A program made the position numbers and the translations under genes. This document shows, piece by piece, positions 57,783-64,000 of a DNA stretch of 64,000 nucleotides. Each line of letters opens with the position of its first letter. Position 1 is the first letter of the stretch. The notes beneath the pieces were generated by a model. The model was not told where the DNA came from. It ran no database searches and saw only the letters and a list, made by a program, of their open reading frames with translations. This DNA comes from an uncultured Halobacteriales archaeon (GTDB lineage: Archaea; Thermoplasmatota; E2; JACPAO01; JAHFTW01). Location of the stretch: contig CAZXUC010000018.1 of the NCBI GenBank assembly GCA_964643795.1, positions 2,238 through 66,237 of the forward strand. Reading direction: 5' to 3'.

Positions 57783-59360
57783 ATGATTGTCGCGCCGGAT
57801 GGCCTCGCGTTGGGACGCAAACGCGCCGCCGAGCGCCGCATCGAGGAGCCCGAAGGCTGGGCGCAGCGCCTGCTCCGGCCGCACATCCTCGGCCTGGGCT
57901 TGGTCCTCCTCCTAGCCGCCGCGATGCGGTTGTGGGGACTGGGCCGCGAGAGCATCTGGTGGGACGAGGCCTACTCGATCGCGTGGTCGCAGCACGACCT
58001 GGGCTGGCTGCTCGACTACCTCCGGACCTCGGACGTCCACCCGCCGGCCTACTACGCCGTGCTGCACGGCTGGGTCGTGGCGCTCGGGCCGGGCGTCGCC
58101 GAGACGCGCCTGCTCTCGGCCCTCCTCGGCCTGGCCGGAATCGCCGCGGCGTACCTCTTGGGCCGCGACATGTTCCGGCCCCGCGTCGGCGTGCTCTTCG
58201 CGCTCTTCGTGGCGGTGTCCGAGTTCCACCTGTACTACTCGCAGGAAGTCCGCAGCTACATCATGCTGTTCGCGGCCTCGGTGGTCTCCATGCACGCGTA
58301 CTGGCAGCTCTTCCACCGCCCGGACGCGCCGCGCCTGGGGTGGCGGTTCGCCTACTACGTGGCGGCCACGACGCTCCTCCTCTACACCCACTTCACCGGC
58401 GTGTTCGTCGTGGTGGCGCAGGTCGCCCACCGAGCCATCATCCTCGCCAACGCGCCCGACCGGAAGGCGTTCCTCCTGTGGGCGGCCAGCCAGGCCCTGG
58501 TCGCCGCGCTGTTCCTGCCGTGGTTCCTCGTGCTGCTGGAGCAGGCGGCCCGCGTCGAGCAGGGGTTCTGGATCCCGAAGCCGACGCTGGCGGCGGGGCA
58601 GCGGCCGCCGGACTTCTCGGTTGGAGGGACCTTCCGGCAGTTCACCGGCGGCGGCCCGCGGGCCTGGGTCGCGTGGCTGCTGGTGGGCAACGGGCTCGCG
58701 GCCTCCACGCTTGCCACCCTGAACCGCGAGCGCAACCCGGACGACTCCGAGTCGCACCGGCCGTACCCGGCCGCCAAGGTGCTGCTCCTGGTGGCGTGGC
58801 TGCTCTGCAGCGTCCTCCTCCCGTTCTTCCAGTCGATGTTGTCCCAGCCCATCTACCTGAGCCGCATCGTCATCCCGGCGCTGGCGCCGCTGTGGCTGCT
58901 GGCGGCCGTGGGCGTGGCACGGCTGCGGCTGCCGGCAGCGCAGACGGTCGCCGCTGGACTCGTGGTCGCCTTGGCGGTGCCCGGCCTGGCCGACTACTAC
59001 ACGACGGACGCCAAGGAGCGCTGGGACCTCGTGGTGGCCGCGGTGGAGGAGGGCGCCGCGCCCAATGCCACAGTCGTGCTCGTCGGCAACGCCGGGAACC
59101 CGTGGGCCGTGTACGCCGAGCGGCCGGACCTCCGCACCGTGCGCGCCGGGACGGCGCAGGAGGTCGCGAACCAGACCGCCGGCGAATCCGACGTCTGGCT
59201 GGTCTCGCGCCAGGATCCCGCCTGCGGCCAGCCGAGCCCCCTCGTGTCCGCCCTCGGGCAGGGGCGCCGTCTCGTCTCGTGCGAGCAGTACATGGCGCAG
59301 GGGCTGCGCGACTTCCCGTTGGCGGCCAACCCCCTGTACGTCCACCATTTCTCCGCGTGA
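57783..59360 (+). CDS. GT39/PMT_2 family membrane glycosyltransferase
   Basis: LG.ESIWWDEAYS, DVHPPAYY, YYSQEVRSY, LYTH. Confidence 0.87.
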   Translation: MIVAPDGLALGRKRAAERRIEEPEGWAQRLLRPHILGLGLVLLLAAAMRLWGLGRESIWWDEAYSIAWSQHDLGWLLDYLRTSDVHPPAYYAVLHGWVVALGPGVAETRLLSALLGLAGIAAAYLLGRDMFRPRVGVLFALFVAVSEFHLYYSQEVRSYIMLFAASVVSMHAYWQLFHRPDAPRLGWRFAYYVAATTLLLYTHFTGVFVVVAQVAHRAIILANAPDRKAFLLWAASQALVAALFLPWFLVLLEQAARVEQGFWIPKPTLAAGQRPPDFSVGGTFRQFTGGGPRAWVAWLLVGNGLAASTLATLNRERNPDDSESHRPYPAAKVLLLVAWLLCSVLLPFFQSMLSQPIYLSRIVIPALAPLWLLAAVGVARLRLPAAQTVAAGLVVALAVPGLADYYTTDAKERWDLVVAAVEEGAAPNATVVLVGNAGNPWAVYAERPDLRTVRAGTAQEVANQTAGESDVWLVSRQDPACGQPSPLVSALGQGRRLVSCEQYMAQGLRDFPLAANPLYVHHFSA

Positions 59361-59370
59361 TGGGGCCAAA

Positions 59371-59556
59371 TCAGTGGCTGCCGGCGACCTTGGGGAACTG
59401 CCACGCCTTCCATTGCCCCTTTTTGCATTGATCGACCATCTGCCAGAACTGGTCGAAAAAGTGGCCGGAGTCCCATGGCCCGGGGCTGGCCTCGGGGTGG
59501 TACTGCATCGTGAAGATGGGGAGGCTCTCGTGCCGGACGGCTTCGACGACGCCGGA
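59371..59556 (-). pseudogene. C-terminal remnant of carbamoyl-phosphate synthase small subunit (carA)
   Basis: [32 protein letters not shown]. Confidence 0.75.
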
Positions 59557-59648
59557 ATCAAGACGTCGCTGAAGGCGGCGCGCAAACACAACTCGTGCTC
59601 GAGGTCGTCGTTGATGCGGTCACAGTCCGCGTCCGTGGAGCCCGTGCA

Positions 59649-59723
59649 TTGCCGGAAGAGGAAGAATTGGCGGCGTGGGTGAAGCGCTGCCAGACGTTCG
59701 CGCGGACCTTGCCTGCGAAGTGA
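59649..59723 (+). pseudogene. Duplicated 3' end of tfoX
   Basis: LPEEEELAAWVKRCQTFARTLPAK* vs 51778-51852 LPEEEELLAWVQRCQNFARTLPAK*; 58/75 nt identical. Confidence 0.85.
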
Positions 59724-59731
59724 AGAACACC

Positions 59732-60172
59732 CTACGTCACGACAATCTGGATTGGCTGGCTCCACACCTCGACGCCATCGACAAGGGCGCGGGCACGCAG
59801 CCAAAACGTGCCGGGCGTCCTCAACACGATTAGGTCGTTCTTGGTGCACCCGAGGTGCCGCTGATTACCGTCCGGGCTAGTGCACGGTTCGGGCGTGGAA
59901 AGCGACGTGGGTGCCGTCGAGATGTAGTAGTGTTCGAGGGTGGCCGGCTCAGCGTCGCCGGGCGTGGCCCAGACGGCCGTGTGGGTAGCATTTGCGAATC
60001 CCCCGTGATGCCCAAGTGTTCCATGGCGAGCGATTTCGTAGCTCACGCTGAACTGTTGACCTGCCTCCACTTGTTCTGGGTAATCCAGCCAGGCGATGGT
60101 TGCCACAGGGGCCTCAGTAAGGCAGCCGGACCCCAGCACGATGGCGACGACGAGCAACAAGACCACACGCAT
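59732..60172 (-). CDS. Lipoprotein, Ig-like
   Basis: MRVVLLLVVAIVLGSGC; PGTFWLRARA motif similar to the 62851 gene. Confidence 0.7.
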   Translation of the reverse strand: MRVVLLLVVAIVLGSGCLTEAPVATIAWLDYPEQVEAGQQFSVSYEIARHGTLGHHGGFANATHTAVWATPGDAEPATLEHYYISTAPTSLSTPEPCTSPDGNQRHLGCTKNDLIVLRTPGTFWLRARALVDGVEVWSQPIQIVVT

Positions 60173-60212
60173 GTAACACGCGAGCCGGCCCGATGCCCAA
60201 GTATGTTGGGGT

Positions 60213-61073
60213 TCAATCGTCGAGGTACCGCTGCACAAGTCCCTGGTACGCGTCGATGCGTCGGTCGCGGAAGAACGGCCAACCGCGGCGGGCCTTCTCG
60301 ATTTCGGCCATGTCAAGTTCGACGACCATGACTTCCTCCTTCTCGCCCGCTTCGGCCGCCACGATCCCCATGGGCTTCGCGACGAAACTGTGGCCCCAGA
60401 ATTCGAGTTCGCCCTCCTTGCCGACGCGGTTGACGGCCACGACGAAGCACCCGTTGGCAACGGCGTGGCTGCGTTGGATGGTGTGCCAAGCCTGGTGCTG
60501 CGTCTCCTTGTATTCCATCTCGCCCGTCCAGGTTCCGATTGCCGTCGGATAGAACAGGATGTCCGCTCCCTGCAGGGCCGTGAGTCGGGCCGCTTCCGGG
60601 TACCATTGGTCCCAGCACACTAGGGTGCCAATGCGGCCAAACTTCGTGTCGAAGACCTTGAAGCCCAAGTCGCCGGGCGCGAAGTAGAATTTCTCGTAGA
60701 AGCGCGGGTCGTCGGGGATGTGCATCTTGCGGTACTTGCCGAGGTACTTCCCATCCGCATCGAGGACGGCGGCCGTGTTGTGATACAGGCCTTTTGCGCG
60801 GCGCTCGAAGATGGAGCCGACGATGACGATGCCGTGTTGCTTCGCCTTCTGCGCGAGGGCTTCCGTGGTGGGTCCGGGGATTTCTTCAGCGAGGTCGAAG
60901 AACGCCGCGTCCTCTTCTTGGCAGAAATACGTGGAGGAGAAGAGTTCCTGCGTGCACACGACTTGCGCGCCCTTGTTGGCGGCTTGGTCGATGAGCGTGA
61001 GCTGGCGAGCCAGGTTCTCCTTCGGGTCGTCCGAGGCGTGGGTCTGGATGAGTCCGACCTTGAGCTTCGTCAT
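60213..61073 (-). CDS. aguB: N-carbamoylputrescine amidase (carbon-nitrogen hydrolase)
   Basis: QELF...YFCQ, YRKMHIPDDP.FYEKFYF.PGDLGF, CWDQWYPEAAR, YPTAIG. Confidence 0.88.
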   Translation of the reverse strand: MTKLKVGLIQTHASDDPKENLARQLTLIDQAANKGAQVVCTQELFSSTYFCQEEDAAFFDLAEEIPGPTTEALAQKAKQHGIVIVGSIFERRAKGLYHNTAAVLDADGKYLGKYRKMHIPDDPRFYEKFYFAPGDLGFKVFDTKFGRIGTLVCWDQWYPEAARLTALQGADILFYPTAIGTWTGEMEYKETQHQAWHTIQRSHAVANGCFVVAVNRVGKEGELEFWGHSFVAKPMGIVAAEAGEKEEVMVVELDMAEIEKARRGWPFFRDRRIDAYQGLVQRYLDD

Positions 61074-61174
61074 TGCAGACCGTCCACCGCGTGTCAGGCT
61101 TCAGGATTTGGGTGATGGGGCGCCGCTTGGTAGTCCCTCTGCCGCTTCGAGGTCATCCCCTCCGCAATCGGGCC

Positions 61175-62089
61175 CTACACCTTCACCGCGACCTTCGCCG
61201 CCCCAAGTTCAATCGGGCGCTCAGCATCCGGCCAACTCCACTCGGACCAGGACCCCGGGTACAATGCAGCAGTACCCATTCCTGCGATCTCCAATGCCAA
61301 CACGAGGTGCGCGGAAGTGACGCCCGAACCACAATAGCAAGCGACGCGTCCCGTCTCTTGCACGCCCAGGAACGCCTCGTACTTGGCGCGCAATTCGTCG
61401 GGGGAGAGGAACATCATGCCTTGCCCGATGTTGCCGCCGAAGGGCATACTGATGGCGCCAGGGATATGGCCGGCGCGTTTGTCGACTGGCTCGACTTCGC
61501 CGCGGTACCGTTCGCCGGCCCGAGCATCGACGAGCTGGTACGCGGCGAGTTGGCCGAGTTCGGCCTCGATGCGTGTCGTGTCAATTATCGGCATGTTGCC
61601 AGGAGCGCCGGTGAACGCGATTGGCGTGCGGGGCTTCTCATGGCCGGCAGACTGCGCCAGTTTCAGCGCCTTCCACCGCGACAGGCCACCGTCGAGGACG
61701 GCTACGTTCTTGTGACCGTAGTGGCGCAGGAGCCACCACAATCGGCTCGCCCATTGGCCTGCTTGGTCATCGTAGCAGACCACCTGCGTGTCGGGGCCGA
61801 TGCCGTGTTGCCCGACGAAGCGCTGGAACGCACCGGGGATGGGGAGCGGGTGGCGGCCCTTGCGGCCGTCCCCGACGGGTCCGGATAGGTCGCGGTCGAC
61901 ATGCGCAAAATAGGCGCCGGGGATGTGCGCCTTGCCATACTCGCGCAGGCCCTTTTCGGCGTCCGCGAGGTCATATCGGCAATCGAAGACGACCCAATCG
62001 GGGTCCGCCACGTGCTCAAACGTCGTCTCACACGACACGAGGGGGGCATGGTGTTCGCGCGCCACGACGCCGCGACCGGCATCAGCCAC
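61175..62089 (-). CDS. Tandem-rhodanese sulfurtransferase (SseA/MPST-like)
   Basis: HIPGA x2, GRHPLP, RLWWLLR, CGSGVTS, YPGSWSEW; start uncertain. Confidence 0.92.
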   Translation of the reverse strand: MADAGRGVVAREHHAPLVSCETTFEHVADPDWVVFDCRYDLADAEKGLREYGKAHIPGAYFAHVDRDLSGPVGDGRKGRHPLPIPGAFQRFVGQHGIGPDTQVVCYDDQAGQWASRLWWLLRHYGHKNVAVLDGGLSRWKALKLAQSAGHEKPRTPIAFTGAPGNMPIIDTTRIEAELGQLAAYQLVDARAGERYRGEVEPVDKRAGHIPGAISMPFGGNIGQGMMFLSPDELRAKYEAFLGVQETGRVACYCGSGVTSAHLVLALEIAGMGTAALYPGSWSEWSWPDAERPIELGAAKVAVKV

Positions 62090-62159
62090 TTAAGGTTCGG
62101 CCCAAGGGCGCGGCTGGTGCGGGGCCGGTGTGGGCGACGACCTTGTGGCATGGTTCCGA

Positions 62160-62792
62160 CTACCGGCTCAGGTGGTAGTAGCCGCGCGTGCCCAACACGT
62201 TGGCGTTGTCACCTTGCAGCTCCACGATGACGCTCGCTGCGTTGTTCGTCTCATCGACCTCGTCCAAGGTCCCCAAACCGTCGGCCAGCGACACGAGCTC
62301 ATAGACGCCATCGGCGACGTCGGACACTTCGACGTATTGGTCCGTCAACCCGGACGTGTATAAGTCATACCAACCGACGCTTACGCCCATCGACCAGCCA
62401 GTTTCGTCCGGAACCAGACAATTCGTCTCGGCGAATTCCGTCTGCGCCGGCTCGATTTCGTCGTCCTCGATTTCGCCGACGTCCAAGAAACAGAATCCAG
62501 CCTTGTGGTGCGCCGAGACTTCCTCGCCGCGCAACCCCGTCACAGGGTCGTAGGCATGGAGGGAGAACGCAGCGAGGCCGGTGTAGTGCCAATGGCTATG
62601 CGTGAGGTGGAAGGATGCCTCTCCAACGTCGTGGTCACTGTACCCGCCGGCCCTGTCGAAGATGCGCTGTGAAAAGCGCCCCTCTCCCCCCAATGCCATG
62701 GCGCCGCGTTCGAACGCTAGGTTCACTTGCAGCGGACCTTCACCCATGTTGCCAACGGCGTTCGATAGGCGCAGGCACTTGCGGGCGCCTTG
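62160..62792 (-). pseudogene. Lysyl-oxidase-domain gene, apparently 5'-truncated
   Basis: GARKCLRLSNAVGNMGEGPL, FH.TH.HWH, KAGFCFLD, GWYDLY, DETNN; no start or signal peptide upstream of the domain. Confidence 0.7.
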
Positions 62793-62850
62793 TGCATGCC
62801 ATGCGTACTTGCGGCGGTCTAGAAATCCCTTGTGCGCCCAACGTGAACGC

Positions 62851-63651
62851 CTAGGCGCTAAGTTTCACGGTAATCTTCAGGGCTTGTTTCTGGACGTCGT
62901 CCGTCTCCAATTCGTAGACGCCCGGCACCGTGAGAAGAATCTCGGCGGACGTCATTTGGGCGGGAACCGTCACCGCAGGGACGGTGGCGGGTCCGCTCAG
63001 GAAGGTGAAGACGTGGTCCTTGACGTCGTCGTTCTTGAAGGTCACCGTGTCGCCGAGGAGTATGTCCTTCTCAGCGGGCGTGGTCTCGCCCAAGAAATCG
63101 CCGGGGCTGTGGACGAACTGGTGCACGGCCCCGCTCGCCGTGACGGGTGTGACGTTAAGGCGAGTCTCGGCGCTCCAGTAGTCCTTGTAGTTGACCTCGG
63201 CGTACGCGCGGAGGTAGAACGTGCCGGGCACCGTGAAGGTCAGGTTGCCTAGGAACGTGACGGGGAGGTTATTGTGTTCCTTCTTCAACAGTTCCTGGCC
63301 AAAGGTCTCCGGCCCGGCAAGCGACGAAGCATTTGCGGCGGACGTGCGGTAGCGGATGGATGTGAGCATGCTATGCGCGCCGACCAGGCTGCCGTTGTCA
63401 AGTTCCCACGAGAAGGAGGTGGACTTGTACGCGCCGAGGCTCGCTGGGATCCCGAGGAGCCGGACGCTTGGGGGTTCCGGGCACGAGGCGTTGGCGTCGA
63501 AGCCGGCGTCATGGTGACCGGCCACGTCGGCCAGATTGATGACTTGGCCGTCCGGGCACGTGAAGGTATCCTCGTGCGCATCTCCGCCCTTCTTCGAGCA
63601 GCCGGAGAGAAGCAGCGTGAACAGGGTGGCAACGGCCAACAGTTTCTGCAC
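62851..63651 (-). CDS. Lipoprotein with C-terminal cupredoxin-like domain
   Basis: LLSGC lipobox; GDTVTFKNDD..DH, PGVY. Confidence 0.72.
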   Translation of the reverse strand: MQKLLAVATLFTLLLSGCSKKGGDAHEDTFTCPDGQVINLADVAGHHDAGFDANASCPEPPSVRLLGIPASLGAYKSTSFSWELDNGSLVGAHSMLTSIRYRTSAANASSLAGPETFGQELLKKEHNNLPVTFLGNLTFTVPGTFYLRAYAEVNYKDYWSAETRLNVTPVTASGAVHQFVHSPGDFLGETTPAEKDILLGDTVTFKNDDVKDHVFTFLSGPATVPAVTVPAQMTSAEILLTVPGVYELETDDVQKQALKITVKLSA

Positions 63652-63706
63652 GACGACGGCGAGGTTTCCTGCCTTATGGGCTTTCTGTAGGGGGGCCTGC
63701 TGCATG

Positions 63707-63777
63707 CACGCGGAGCGCGCGGAACGCACGGAACGACTGACGTCGTCAGTTTCCGCGCGTTCCGTGCGTTCCGCGTG
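63707..63777. repeat. 9-bp-periodic palindrome
   Basis: cacgcggagcgcgcggaacgcacggaac / gtttccgcgcgttccgtgcgttccgcgtg. Confidence 0.75.
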
Positions 63778-63910
63778 TCGCTGGCAGGGGTGGTCGCCGC
63801 CGCGCGGTCCTTGTTTCGTCGCGAGGAACGCCAACCCCGGCTGAAGCCCGCCGTCCGTTCAGGTCATATCCCGCCCGGCCCTCGCGCCAATCGTGACCCA
63901 AGCTCAAGGG

Positions 63911-64000
63911 ATGGCGCACCGCAAACCGTTGACCATCCCCGAGTTGGAGGAAAAGGCCCGCTTGGTTCGCGTCAACACGTTGCGTATGACGTATGGCGCC
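63911..64000 (+). CDS. Transketolase N-terminal subunit (partial)
   Basis: MAHRKPLTIPELEEKARLVRVNTLRMTYGA, typical of a split transketolase N-terminus; only 30 codons visible. Confidence 0.55.
   Translation, partial: MAHRKPLTIPELEEKARLVRVNTLRMTYGA

Noticed and set aside
57368..59849. Long alternative-frame ORFs (687 aa +, 645 aa -) and similar ones across the window
   Set aside because: R/P/G-rich shadow frames of real genes, expected in high-GC DNA.

Overview
GC-rich archaeal chromosome segment. Archaeal-type LeuRS, rpl37e, RPA/RPA-associated protein, ZPR1, archaeal SepF and PGF-CTERM-like surface proteins point to an archaeon, probably Thermoplasmatota (inference). Core genes include leuS, purA, pstSCAB-phoU, ppx, tRNA-Leu(TAG), rpl37e, sepF, rpa, malic enzyme, aguA/aguB and a transketolase start. 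Two accessory regions stand out. The first (~7.6-11.2 kb) looks less GC-rich by eye and carries a SWIM/CcbP-like pair, a tight three-gene operon (COMMD-like protein, 'WDG' protein, Tse2/RES-like R-S-H ADP-ribosyltransferase-fold protein) and a wHTH regulator; this operon is the best candidate for an undescribed defence or toxin system. The second (~52-59.7 kb) is a lipid-linked pentose glycosylation island bounded by a duplicated tfoX 3' end and containing several gene remnants; it lies between aguB and aguA. Other notable items are a ppx + tandem TMK-like (PPK3-type) polyphosphate operon sharing a candidate archaeal PHO box with pstS and pstC, a Lys/Ala-rich H1-like region fused to a GPP34 domain, an NYN nuclease gene with one in-frame amber codon, and a family of nested 9-bp-periodic intergenic palindromes with a conserved 188-bp core. 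All calls come from reading motifs by eye; no searches were run.
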